Below are positions 34,401-49,400 of a DNA stretch of 64,000 nucleotides, piece after piece. A model generated the notes under the pieces. That model was not told where the DNA came from, made no database searches, and was given only the letters and a program-made list of their open reading frames with translations. Source of the DNA: Octopus sinensis. Its lineage: Eukaryota. Location: contig NW_021833453.1 in NCBI RefSeq assembly GCF_006345805.1, positions 8,255-72,254 on the forward strand, in the 5' to 3' direction. The translations under genes and the position numbers were made by a program. Within the stretch, counting starts at the first letter, position 1. Each line of letters opens with the position of its first letter.

Positions 34401-37400
34401 AGCTAAATATAAGGTAACTGGTTGATAAAAAGCTGATATTTATCCAACAGATCACTAAAATCTCAAAAGTTTTCAGGTTACAAAATGTCAAAATATTGCA
34501 TATGTGTACTTGAAAAACAACAAAAAATTTAGAGCTAAATATAAGTTAACTGATTGATAAAAAGCTTATATTTATCCAAGAGATCACTAAAATCTCAAAA
34601 GTTTTCAGGTTAGAAAATGTCAAAATATTGCATATGTGTACTTGAAAAACAACAAAAAATTTAGTGATCTAATAGCTAAATATAAGCTAACTGATTGATA
34701 AAAAGCTTATATTTATCCAAGAGATCACTAAAATCTCAAAAGTTTTCAGGTTAGAAGATATCAAAATATTGCATATGTGTACTTGAAAAACAACAAAAAA
34801 TTTAGTGATCTCATAGCTAAATATAAGTTAACTGATTGATAAAAACCTTATATGTATCCAATATATCACTAAAGTCTCAAACGTTTTCAGGTTGGAAAAT
34901 GCCAAAATATTGCATATGTGTACTTGAAAAACAACAAAAAATTTAATGATCTCTTAGCTAAATATAAGTTAGCTGATTGATAAAAAGCTTAACCAAGAGA
35001 TCACTAAAATCGCAAAAGTTTTCAGGTTAGAAAATGTCAAAATATTGCATATGTGTACTTGAAAAACAACAAAAAATTTAGAGCTAAATATAAGTTAACT
35101 GATTGATAAAAAGCTTATATTCATCCAAGAGATCACTAAAATCTCAAAAGTTTTCAGGTTGGAAAATGTCAAAATATTGCATATGTGAACTTGAAAAACA
35201 ACAAAAAATTTAGTGATCTCTTAGCTAAATATAAGTTAACTGAATGATAAAAAGCTTATATTTACCCAAGAGATCACTAACGCAAAAGTTTTCAGGTTAG
35301 AAAATGTCAAAATATTGCATATGTGTACTTGAAAAACAACAAAAAATTTAGTGATCTCTTAGCTAAATATAAGTTAGCTGATTGATAAAAAGCTTAACCA
35401 AGAGATCACTAAAATCGCAAAAGTTTTCAGGTTAGAAAATGTCAAAATATTGCATATGTGTACTTGAAAAACAACAAAAAATTTAGTGATCTCTTAGCTA
35501 AATATAAGTTAACTGATTGATAAAAGCTCATATTTATCCAAGAGATCACTAAAATCGCGAAAGTTTCAGGTTAGAAAATGTCAAAATATTGCATATGTGT
35601 ACTTGAAAAACAACAAAAGATTTAGTGATCTCTTGGCTAAATATAAGTTAGCTGATTGATAAAAAGCTTATATTTATCCAAGAGATCACTAAAATCTCAA
35701 AAGTTTTCAGGTTAAAAAATGTCAAAATATTGCATATGTGAACTTGAAAAACAACAAAAAATTTAGTGATCTCTTGGCTAAATATAAGTTAGCTGATTGA
35801 TAAAAAGCTTATATTTATCCAAGAGATCACTAAAATCTCAAAAGTTTTCAGGTTAGAAAATGTCAAAATATTGCATATGTGTACTTGAAAAACAACAAAA
35901 AATTTAGAGCTAAATATAAGTTAACTGATTGAAAAAAAGCTTATATTCATCCAAGAGATCACTAAAATCTCAAAAGTTTTCAGGTTAGAAAATGTCAAAA
36001 TATTGCATATGTGAACTTGAAAAACAACAAAAAATTTAGTGATCTCTTAGCTAAATATAAGTAAACTGAATGATAAAAAGCTTATATTTACCCAAGAGAT
36101 CACTAACGCAAAAGTTTTCAGGTTACAAAATGTCAAAATATTGCATATGTGTACTTGAAAAACAACAAAACATTTAGTGATCTAATAGCTAAATATAAGG
36201 TAACTGATTGATAAAAAGCTGATATTTATCAAGAGATCACGAAAATCTCAAAAGTTTTCAGGTTAGAAAATGTCAAAATATTGCATATGTGTACTTGAAA
36301 AACAACAAAAAATTTAGAGCTAATATAAGTTAACTGATTGATAAAAAGCTTACATTTATCCAAGAGATCACTAAAATCTCAAAAGTTTTCAGGTTAGAAA
36401 ATGTCAAAATATTGCATATGTGTACTTGAAAGACAACAAAAAATTTAGTGATCTAATAGCTAAATATAAGGTAACTGATTGATAAAAAGCTTATATTATC
36501 CAAGAGATCACTAAAATCTCAAATGTTTTCGGTTAGAAGATATCAAAATATTGCATATGTGTACTTGAAAAACAACAAAAAATTTAGTGATCTCTTAGCT
36601 AAATATAAGTTAACTGATTGATAAAAGCTCATATTTATCCAAGAGATCACTAAAATCGCGAAAGTTTTCAGGTTAGAAAATGTCAAAATATTGCATATGT
36701 GTACTTGAAAAACAACAAAAGATTTAGTGATCTCTTGGCTAAATATAAGTTAACTGATTGATAAAAAGCTTATATTTATCCAAGAGATCACTAAAATCAC
36801 AAAAGTTTTCAGGTTAGAAAATGTCAAAATATTGCATATGTGTACTTGAAAAACAACAAAAAATTTAGTGATCTCTTGGCTAAATATAAGTTAACTGATT
36901 GATAAAAAGCTTATATTTATCCAAGAGATCACTAAAATCGCAAAAGTTTTCAGGTTAGAAAATGTCAAAATATTGCATATGTGTACTTGAAAAACAACAA
37001 AAAATTAGAGCTAAATATAAGTTACTGATTGATAAAAAGCTTATATTCATCCAAGAGATCACTAAAATCTCAAAAGTTTTCAGGTTAGAAAATGTCAAAA
37101 TATTGCATATGTGAACTTGAAAAACAACAAAAAATTTAGTGATCTCTTAGCTAAATATAAGTAAACTGAATGATAAAAAGCTTATATTTACCCAAGAGAT
37201 CACTAACGCAAAAGTTTTCAGGTTACAAAATGTCAAAATATTGCATATGTGTACTTGAAAAACAACAAAACATTTAGTGATCTAATAGCTAAATATAAGG
37301 TAACTGATTGATAAAAAGCTGATATTTATCCAAGAGATCACGAAAATCTCAAAAGTTTTCAGGTTAGAAAATGTCAAAATATTGCATATGTGTACTTGAA

Positions 37401-40400
37401 AAACAACAAAAAATTTAGAGCTAAATATAAGTTAACTGATTGATAAAAAGCTTACATTTATCCAAGAGATCACTAAAACTCAAAAGTTTTCAGGTTAGAA
37501 AATGTCAAAATATTGCATATGTGTACTTGAAAGACAACAAAAAATTAGTGATCTCATAGCTAAATATAAGGTAACTGATTGATGAAAAGCTTATATTTAT
37601 CCAAGAGATCACTAAAATCTCAAATGTTTTCGGTTAGAAGATATCAAAATATTGCATATGTGTACTTGAAAAACAACAAAAAATTTAGAGCTAAATATAG
37701 TTAACTGATTGATAAAAAGCTTATATTTATCCAAGAGATCACTAAAATATTAAAAGTTTTAAGGTTAGAAAATGTCAAAATATTGCATATGTGTACTTGA
37801 AAAACAACAAAAAATTTAGTGATCTAATAGCTAAATATAAGTTAACTGATTGATAAAAAGCTTATATGTATCCAATATATCACTAAAGTCTCAAACGTTT
37901 TCAGGTTGGAAAATGCCAAAATATTGCATATGTGTACTTGAAAAACAACAAAAAATTTAGTGATCTCTTAGCTAAATATAAGTTAGCTGATTGATAAAAA
38001 CTTATATTTATCCTAGAGATCACTAAAATCTCAAAAGTTTTCAGGTTAGAAAATGTCAAAATATTGCATATGAGTACATGAAAAACAACAGAAAATTTAG
38101 TGATCTCTTAGCTAAATATAAGTTAGCTGATGATAAAAAGCTTAACCAGAGATCACTAAAATCGCAAAAGTTTTCAGGTTAGAAAATGTCAAAATATTGC
38201 ATATGTGTACTTGAAAAACAACAAAAAATTTAGTGATCTCTTAGCTAATATAAGTTAACTGATGATAAAAGCTCATATTTATCCAAGAGATCACTAAAAT
38301 CTTAAAAGCTTTCAGGTTAGAAAATGTCAAAATATTGCATATGTGTACTTGAAAAACAACAAAAAATTTAGAGCTAAATATAAGTTAACTGATTGATAAA
38401 AAGCTTATTTATCCAAGAGATCACTAACGCAAAAGTTTTCAGGTTACAAAATGTCAAAATATTGCATATGTGTACTTGAAAAACAACAAAAAATTTAGTG
38501 ATCTAAAAGCTAAATATAAGGTTACTGGTTGATAAAAAGCTGATATTTATCCAAGAGATCACTAAAATCTCAAAAGTTTTCAGGTTAGAAAATGTTAACT
38601 GTCAAATATAGCATATATGTACTTGAAAAACAACAAAAAATTTAGAGCTAAACATAAGTGAACTGATTGATAAAAACTTATATTTATCCTAGAGATCACT
38701 AAAATCTCAAAAGTTTTCAGGTTAGAAAATGTCAAAATATTGCATATGTGTACTTCAAAAACAACAAAAACTTTAGTGATCTAATAGCTAAATATAAGGT
38801 AACTGATTGTTAAAAAGCTTATATTTATCCAAGAGATCACTAAAATCGAAAAAGTTTTCAGGTTAGAAAATGTCAAAATATTGCAAATGTGTACTTGAAA
38901 AACAACAAAAAATTTAGTGATCTAATAGCTAAATAAGTTAACTGATTGATAATGAGCTTAATATATCCAATATATCACTAAAGTCTCAACGTTTTCAGGT
39001 TGGAAAATGCCAAAATATTGCATATGTGTACATGAAAAACAACAAAAAAATTTAGTGATCTCTTAGCTAAATATCAGTTAGCTGATTGATAAAAAGCTTA
39101 ACCAGAGATCACTAAAATCGCAAAAGTTTTCAGGTTAGAAAATGTCAAAATATTGCATATGTGTACTTGAAAAACAACAAAAAATTTAGTGATCTCTTTG
39201 CTAAATATAAGTTAGCTGATTGATAAAAAGCTTATATTTATCCTAGAGATCACTAAAATCTCAAAAGTTTTAAGGTTAGAAAATGTCAAATTATTGCATA
39301 TGGTGTACTTGAAAAACAACAAAAAATTTAGACCTAAATATAAGTTAAATGATTGATAAAAAGCTTATATTTATCCAATATATCACTAAAATCTCAAAAG
39401 TTTTCAGGTTAGAAAATGTCAAAATATTGCATATGTGTACTTGAAAGACAACAAAAAATTTAGAGATAAATATAAGTTAACTGATTGATAAGAAGCTTAT
39501 ATTTATCCAAGAGATCACTAAAATCTCAAAAGTTTTCAGGTTAGAAAATGTTAAAATATTGCATATGTGTACTTGAAAAACAACAAAAAATTTAGAGCTA
39601 AATATAATTTAACTGATTGATAATAAGCTTATATTTATCCAAGAGAACACTAAAATCTCAAAAGTTTTCAGGTTAGAAAATGTCAAAATATTGCAAATGT
39701 GTACTTGAAAAACAACAAAAAATTTAGTGATCTAATAGCTAAATATAAAGTAACTGATTGATAAAAAGCTTATATTTATCCAAGAGATCACTAAAATCGA
39801 AAAAGTTTTCAGGTTAGAAAATGTCAAAATATATAGTGATCTCTTAGCTAAATAAAAGTTAACTGATTGATAAAAACTTATATTTATCGAAGTGATCTCT
39901 TAGCTAAATAAAAGTTAACTGATTGATAAAAACTTATATTTATCGAAGAGATCACTAAAATCTTAAAAGTTGTCAGGTTAGAAGATATCAAAATATTGCA
40001 TATGTGTACTTGAAAAACAACAAAAAATTTAGTGATCAAATAGCTAAATATAAGTTAACTGATTGATAAAAAGCTTAAATGTATCCAATATATCATTGAA
40101 GTCTCAAACGTTTTCAGGTTGGAAAATGCCAAAATATTGCATATGTGTACTTGAAAAACATCAAAAAATTTAGTTATCTCTTAGCTAAATATAAGTTAGC
40201 TGATTGATAAAAAGCTTAACCAAGAGATCACTAAAATCGCAAAAGTTTTCAGGTTAGAAAATGTCAAAATATTGCATATGTGTACTTGAAAAACAACAAA
40301 AAATTTAGAGCTAAATATAAGTTAACTGATTGATAAAAAGCTGATATTTATCCAAGAGATCACTAAAATCCAAAAAAGTTTTCAGGTTAGAAATTTTCAA

Positions 40401-43400
40401 AATATTGCATATGTGTACTTGAAAAACAACAAAAAATTTAGTGATCACATAGCTAAATATAAGTTAACTGTTTGATAAAAACTTATATTATCCTAGAGAT
40501 CACTAAAATCTCAAAAGTTTTCAGGTAGAAAATGTCAAAATATTGCATATGTGTCCTTGAAAGACAACAAAAAATTTAGAGCTAAATAAAGTTAATTGAT
40601 TGATAAAAAGCTTATATTTATCCAAGAGATCACTAAAATCTCAAAAGCTTTCAGGTTAGAAAATGTCAAAAAATTGCATATGTGTACTTGAAAAAAAACA
40701 AAAAATTTAGAGCTAAATAAAAGTTAACTGATTGATAAAAAGCGTATATTTATCCAAGAGATCACTAAAATCTCAAAAGTTTTCAGGTTAGAAAATGTCA
40801 AAATATTGCAAATGTATACATGAAAAACAACAAAAAATTTAGTGATCTAATAGCTAAATATAAGGTAACTGATTGATAAAAAGCTTATATTTATCCAAGA
40901 GATCACTAAAATCTCAAAAGTTTTCAGGTTAGAAAATGTAAAAATATTGCATATGTGAACTTGAAAAACAACAAAAAATTTAGTGATCTCTTAGCTAAAT
41001 ATAAGTAAACTGAATGATGAAAAGCTTATATTTACCCAAGAGATCAGTAACGCAAAATTTTTCAGGTGACAAAATGTCAAAATATTGCATATGTGTATTT
41101 GAAAAACAACAAAAAATTTAGAGCTAAATATAAGTTAACTGATTGATAAAAAGCTTATATTTATCCAAGAGATCACCAAAATCTCAAAAGTTTTCAGGTT
41201 AAAAAATATCAAAATATTGCATATGTGTACTTGAAAAACAACAAAGAATTTAGTGATCTCTTAGCTAAATATAAGTGAACTGATTGATAAAAACTTATAT
41301 TTATCCTAGAGATCACTGAAATCTCAATAGTTTTCAGTTAGAAAATATCAAAATTATTGCATATGTTTACTTGAAAACAACAAAAATTTAGTGATCTCTT
41401 AGCTAAATATAAGTAGCTGATTGATAAAAAGCTTATATTATCCCAGAGATCACTAACGCAAAAGTTTTCAGGTTACAAAATGTCAAAATATTGCATATGT
41501 GTACTTGAAATAAGACAAAAATTTAGTGATCTAATAGCTAAATATAAGTTAACTGATTGATAAAAAGCTGCTATTTATCCAAGAATCACTAAAATCTCAA
41601 AAGTTTTCAGGTTAGAAAATGTCAAAATATTGCATATGTGTACTTGAAAACAACAAGAGATCACTAACTCAAAAGTTTCCAGGTTAAGAATGTCAAAATG
41701 TGCAAATATGTACTTGAAAAACAACAAAAATTTAGTGATCTAATAACTAAATGTAAGTTAACTGATTGATAAAAAGCTTATATTTCTCCAAGAGATCACT
41801 AAAATCGCAAAAGTTTTCAGGTTAGAAAATGTCAAAATTTTTGCATATGTGTACTTGAAAAACAACAAAATGTATAGCTAAATATAAGTTAACTGATTGA
41901 TAAAAGCTTATATTTATCCAAGTGATCACTAAAATCTCAAAAGTTTTCAGGTTAGAAAATGTAAAAATATTGGATATGTTACTTGAAAAACACAAAAATT
42001 TAGTGATCTCTTAGCTAAATATAAGTAAACTGATGATAAAAAGCTTATATTTACCCAAGAGATCAGTAACGCAAAAGTTTTCAGGTTGACAAAATGTCAA
42101 AATATTGCATATGTGTATTGAAAAACAACCAAAAATTTAGCTAAATATAAGTTAACTGATTGATACAAAGCTTATATTTATCCAAGAGATCACTAAAATC
42201 TCAAAAGTTTTCAGGTTAAAAAATATCAAAATATTGCATATGTGTACTTGAAAAAAAAAAAAAAAATTTAGTGATCTCTTAGCTAAATATAAGTGAACTG
42301 ATTGATAAAACTATATTTATCCAAGTGATCACTAAAATCAATAGTTTCTCAGGTTAAAAAATATCAAAATATTGCATATGTGTACTTGAAATAAAACAAA
42401 AATTTAGTGATCTAATAGCTAAATAAAGGAACTGATTGATAAAAAGCGCATTTATCAAGAGATCACTAAAATCTCAAAAGTTTTCAGGTTAAAATACAAA
42501 AACATATTGCATATGTGTACTTGAAAAACAACAAAAATTTACAGCTAAATTAAATTAACTGATTGATAAAAAGCTGATATTCATCCAAGAGATCACTAAA
42601 ATCTCAAAGTTTTCAGGTTAAAAATATCAAAGTTGCATAGGTGTACTTGAAAACAACAAAAATTTAGTGATCTCATAGCTAAATATAAGTGAACTGATTG
42701 ATAAAAACTTATATTTATCCTAGAGATCACTAAATCTCAAAAGTTTTCAGGTTAGAAAATGTCAAATATTGCATATGTTTACTTGAAAAACACAAAAATT
42801 TAGTGATCTCTTAGCTAAATACAATTCATCTGATTGATAAAAAGCTTTACCAAGAAATCACTAAAATCTCAAAAGTTTTAGGTAGAAAATGTCAAAATAT
42901 TGCATATGTGTACTTGAAAACAACAAAAAATTTAGTGATCTCTCAGCTAATACAAGTTAGCTGATGATAAAAAGCTTATATTTAATCCAAGAGATCACTG
43001 AACGCAAAGTTTTCAGGTTACAAAATGTCAAAATATGCATATCTGTACTTGAAATAAAACAAAAAATTTAGTGATCTAATAGCTAAATATAAGGTAACTG
43101 ATTGATAAAACGATATATTTATCCAGAGATCACTAAATCTCAAAAGTTTTCAGGTTAGAAAATGACAAAATATTGCATATGTACTTGAAAAACAACAAAA
43201 AATTTACAGCTAATATAAGTAACTGTTTGATAAAAAGCTGATATTTATCCAGAGATCACACAAAATCGCAAATGTTTTCAGGTTAAAAAAAATCAAAATA
43301 TTGCATATGGTTACTTGAAAAACAACAAAAATTTAGTGATCTCATAGCTAAATACAAGTTAACTGATTGATAAAACGCTTAACCAAGAGATCACTAAAAT

Positions 43401-46400
43401 CTCAAAATTTTCAGGTTAGAACAACGTCAAAATATTGGCATATGTGTACTTGAAAAGCACAAGAGATCACTAACGCAAAGTTTCCAGGTTAGAAAATGTC
43501 AAAATATTGCAATGTGTACTTGAAAAACAACAAAAAATTTAGTGATCTCTTACTAAATAATTTAACTGATTGATAAAAAGCTTATATTTATCGAAGAGAT
43601 CACTAAAATCTCAAAAGTTTTTCAGGTCAAAAAATGTCAAAATATGGCATATGTGTACTTGAAAACAACAATAAATTTAGTGATCTCTTAGCTAAATATA
43701 AGTTAACTGATTGATTCAAAGCTTATATTTATCCAGAGATCACTAAAATGGCAAAAGTTTTCAGGTTAGAAAATGTCAAATATTGCATATGTGTACTTGA
43801 AAAACAACAAAAATTTAGTGATCTCTAACCTAAATATGAATTACTGATTGATAAACAGCTTATATTATCCAAAGATCACTAAAATCTCAAAAGTTTTCAG
43901 GTAAAAATGTCAAATTATTGCATATGTGTACTTGAAAAACAACAAAAATTTAGTGATCTCTTAGCTAAATATAATTTAACAGATTGATAAAAGCTTATAT
44001 TTATCCAAGAGATCACTAAAATCTCAAAAGTTTTCAGGTTAGAAAATGTCAAAATATTGCATATGTGAACTTGAAAACAACAAAAAATTAAGTGATCTCT
44101 TAGCTAAATATAAGTAACCTGAATGATGAAAAGCTTATATTTACCCAAGAGATCACTATCGCAAAATTTTCAGGTTACGAAATGTCAAATATTGCATATG
44201 TGTACTTGAAAATCAACAAAAAATTTAGTGATCTAATAGCTAAATATAAGGTAACTGATTGATATAAAGCTGATATTATCCAAGAGATCACTAAAATCTC
44301 AAAAGTTTTCAGGTGAGAAAATGTCAAATATTGCATATGTGTACTTGAAAAACACAAGAAATTTAGTGATCTCTTAGCTAATATTAGTAAACTGAATGAT
44401 AAAAAGCTTATATTTACCCAAGTGATCACTAACGCAAAGGTTTCAGGTTATAAAATGTCAAAATATTGCATACGTTTACTTGAAAAACAACAAAAAATTT
44501 AATGATCTAATTGCTAATATAAGTTAACTGATTGATAAAAGCTTATAGTTATCCAAGAGATCACTAAATCTCAAAAGTTTTTCAGGTTACAAAATGTCAA
44601 AAATTGCCTATGTGTACTTGAAAAACAACAAAAAATTTAGTGATCTCTTAGCTAAATATGAATTAACTGATTGATAAACAGCTTATATTTATCCAACAGA
44701 TCACTAAATTCTCAAAAGTTTTGAGGTCAGAATATGTCAAAATTGCATATGTGTACTTGAAAACAACAAAAAATTTAGTGATCTCTTAGATAAATATAAG
44801 TTAGCTGAATGATAAAAAGCTTAACCAAGAGATCACTAAGATAGCAAAAGTTTTCAGGTTAGAAACTGTCAAAATATTGCATATGTGTACTTGAAAAACA
44901 CAAAAATTTAGTGATCTCTTAGCTAAATAATGTTAACTGATAAATAAATAACTTATTTTTATCCAAGAGATCACTAAAATCTCAAAAGTTTTCAGGTTAG
45001 AAAATGTCAAAATATTGCATATGTGTCTTTGAAACAACAAAAAATTAAGTGATCTCTTAGCTAAAAATATGTTAACTGATTGAAAAAAAATTATATTTAT
45101 CCAAGAGATCACTAAAATCGCAAAGGTTTCAGGTTAGAAAATTTGAAAATATTGCATATGTGTACATGAAAAACACAAAAATTTAGTGATCTCTTAGCTA
45201 AATATATCTTAACTGATTGATAAAAAGCTTATATTTATCCAAGAGATCACTAAAATCGCAAAAGTTTTCAGGTTAGAAAATGTCAAAATATTGCATATGT
45301 GTTCTTGAAAAACAACAAGAAATTTAGTGATCTCTTAGCGAAAAATAAATAAACTGAATGATAACAAGCTTATATTTATCGAAGAGATCACTAAAATCTC
45401 AAAAGTTTTTCAGGTTAGAAAATGTCAAAATATTGCATATGTGTACGTGAAAAACAACAAAATTTTAGAACTAAATATAAGTTAACTGATTGATAAAAAG
45501 CTTATACATATCCAAGACATCACTAAAATGTCAAAAGTTTACAGGTTAGATAATGTCAAAATATTGCATATGTGTACTTGAAAAACAACAAAGAATTTAG
45601 TGATCTCTTAGCTAAATATAAGTTAACTGATTGATAAAAACTTATATTTATCCAAGTGATCACTAAAATATCAATAGTTTTCAGGTTAGAAGATGTCAAA
45701 ATATTGCATATGTGTACTTGAAAAACAACAAAAAATTTAGTGATCTCATAGCTAAATATAAGTGAACTGATTGATAAAATTTATATTTATCCTAGAGATC
45801 ACTGAAATCTCAATAGTTTTCAGGTTAGAAAATGTCAAATTATTGCATATGTTTACTTGAAAAACAACAAAATTTAGTGATCTCTCAGCTAAATACAAGT
45901 TAGCTGATTGATAAATAGCTTATATTTATCCAAGAGATCACTAACGCAAAAGTTTTCAGGTTACAAAATGTCAAAATATTGCATATGTGTACTTGAAATA
46001 AAGCAAAAAATTTAGTGATCTAATAGCTAAATATAAGGTAACTGATTGATAAAAGCTGATATTTATCCAAGAGATCACTAAAATCTCAATAGTTTTCAGG
46101 TTAGAAAATGACAAAATATTGCATATATGTACTTGAAAAACAACAAAAATTTACAGCTAAATATAAGTTAACTGATTGATAAAAAGCTGATATTTATCCA
46201 AGAGATCACTAAAATCACAAATGTTTTCAGTTAAAAAACATCAAAATATTGCATAGGTGTACTTGAAAAACAAAAATTTAGTGATCTCTTAGCTAAATAT
46301 AAGTTAGCTGAGTGATAAAAGCTTAACTAAGTGATCACAAAAATCGCAAAAGTTTTCAGGTTAGGAAATGTCAAAATATTGCATATGTGTACTTGAAAAA

Positions 46401-49400
46401 CAACAAAAATTTAGTGATCTAATAGCTAAATATAAGGTACTGATTGATAAAAAGCTTATATTTATCCAAGAGATCACTAAAATCGCAAAAGTTTTCAGGC
46501 TAGAAATGTCAAAATATTGCATATGTGTACTTGAAAACAACAAAAATTTCGAGCTAAATGTAAGTTAACTGATTGATAAAAAGCTTATATTGATCCAAGA
46601 GAGATCACTAAAATCGCAAAAGTTTTCAGGTTAGAATATGTCAAAATATTGCATAGGTGTACTTGAAAACAACAAAAATTTATAGCTAAATATAAGTTAA
46701 CTAATTGATAAAAGCTTATATTCATACAAGAGATCACTAAAATCTCAAAAGTTTTCACGTTAGAAAATGTAAAAATATTGCAAATGTGTACTTGAAAAAC
46801 AACAAAAAATTTAGAAGATCTAATAGCTAAATGTAAGTTAACTGATTGATAAAAAGCTTATATTTATCCAAGAAATCACTAAAATCGCAAAAGTTTACAG
46901 GTTAGAAAATGTCAAAATATTGCATGTGTACTTGAAAAACAACAAAAATTTAGTGATCTCTTATCTAAATATAAGTAAACTGAATGATGAAAAGCTTATA
47001 TTTACCCAAGAGATCACTAAGGCAAAAGTTTTCAGGACACAAAATGTCAACATATTGCATATGTGTACTTGATAAACACAAAAATTTAGTGATCTCTTAG
47101 CTAAATATAAGTTAGCTGATTGATAAAAAGCTTTACCAAAGATCACTAAAATCAAAAGTTTTCAGGTTAAAAATATCAAAATATTGCATATGTGTACTTG
47201 AAAAACAACAAAGAATTTAGTGATCTCTTAGCTAAATATAAGTTACTGATTGATAAAAACTTATATTTATCCAAGTGATCACTAAAACATCAATGGTTTT
47301 CAGGTTAGAAGATGTCAAAATATTGCATATGTGTACTTGAAAAACAACAAAATTTAGTGATCTCATAGCTAAATATAAGTGAACTGATTGATAAAACTTA
47401 TATTTATCCTAGAGATCACTGAAATCTCAATAGTTTTCAGGTTAGAAAATGTCAAATTATTGCATATGTTTACTTGAAAAACAACAAAAAATTTAGTGAT
47501 CTCTTAGCTAAAGACAAGTTATATGATTGATAAAAAGCTTTACCAAGAAATCACTAAAATCGCAAAAGTTTTTATGTTAGAAAATGTCAAAATATTGCAT
47601 ATGTGTACTTGAAAAACAACAAAAAATTTAGTGATCTCTTAGCTAAATACAAGTTAGCTGATTGATAAAAAGCTTATATTTATCCAAGAGATCACTAACG
47701 CAAAAGTTTTCAGGTTACAAAATGTCAAAATATTGCATATGTGTACTTGAAATAAAACAAAAATTTAGTGATCTAATAGCTAAATATAAGTTAACTGATT
47801 GATAAAAAGCTGATATTTATCCAAGAGATCACTAAATCTCAAACGTTTGCAGGTAAGGAAATGTCAAATATTGCATATGTGTACTTGAAAAACACAAAAA
47901 TTTAGCGATCTCTTAGCTAAATATAAGTTAGCTGATTGATAAAAAGCTTAACCAAGAGATCACTAAATCGCCAAAGTTTTCAAGTTAGAAAATCTCAAAT
48001 ATTGCTTATGTGTACTTGAAAAACAACCAAAATTTAGTTATCTCTTAGCTAAATTTAAGTAAACTGAATGATAAAAAGCTTATATTCACCCAAGAGATCA
48101 CTAACGCAAAAGTTTTCAGGTTAGAAAATGTCAAAATTTGCATGTGTACTTGAAAAACAACAAAAAATTTAGTGATCTATTAGCTAAATATAAGTTAACT
48201 GATTGATAAAAAGCTTATATTTATCCAAGAGATCACTAAAATCTCAAAAGATTTCAGGTAAGAAAATTCAAAATATTGCATATGTGTACTTGAAAAACAA
48301 CAGAAATTTAAAGCGAAATAAGTTACTGATTGATAAAAAGCTAATATTTATCCAAGAGATCACTAAACTCTCAAAAGTTTTCAGGTTAGAAAATGTCAAA
48401 ATATTGCAAATGTGTACTTGAAAAACAACAAAAAATTTAGTGATCTAATAGCTAAATATATGTTAACTGATTGATAAAAAGATTATATTTATCCAAGAGA
48501 TCACTAAAATCTCATAAGTGTTCAGGTTAGAAAATGTCAAAATATTGCATATGTGTACTTGAAAAACAACAAAAAATTTAGTGATCTCTTAGCTAAATAT
48601 AAGTTAGCTGAGTGATAAAAAGCTTAACCAAGTGATCACAAAAATCGCAAAAGTTTTCAGGTTAGAAAATGTCAAAATATTGCATATGTGTACTTGAAAA
48701 ACAACAAAAAATTTAGTGATCTAATAGCTAAATATAAGGTAACTGATTGATAAAAAGCTTATATTTATCCAAGAGATCACTAAAATCGCAAAAGTTTTCA
48801 GGCTAGAAATCAAAATATTGCATATGTGTTCTTGAAAACAACAAAAAATTTCGAGCTAAATGTAAGTTAACTGATTGATAAAAAGCTTATATTCATCCAA
48901 GAGATCACTAAAATCTCAATTTTCAGGTGAGAAAATGTCAAATATTGCATATGTGAACTTGAAAAACAACAAAAAATTTAGTGATCTTTTACCTAATATC
49001 AGTAAACTGAATGATGAAAAGCTTATATTTACCCAAGAGATCACTAACGCAAAAGTTTTCAGGTTACAAAATGTCAAATATTGCATATGTGTACTTGAAA
49101 TACACAAAAATTTAGTGATCTAATAGCTAAATATAAGTTAACTGATTGATAAAACTTATATTTATCCAAGAGAACATTAAAATCTCAAAAGTTTTCAGGT
49201 TAGAAGATGTCAAAATATTGCATGTGTGTACTTGAAAAACAACAAAAAATTTAGTGATCTCATAGCTATATATAAGTGAAATGATTGATAAAAACTTATA
49301 TTTATCCTAGAGATCACTAAAATCTCAAAAGTTTTCAGGTTAGAAGATGTCAATATATTGCATATGTGTACTTGAAAAACAACAAAAATTTTAGTGATCT

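Noticed and set aside
32364-49123. 60-85 aa ORFs inside the AT satellite
   Set aside because: They are sporadic, created by chance loss of stops or 1-bp indels, and not shared across monomers.
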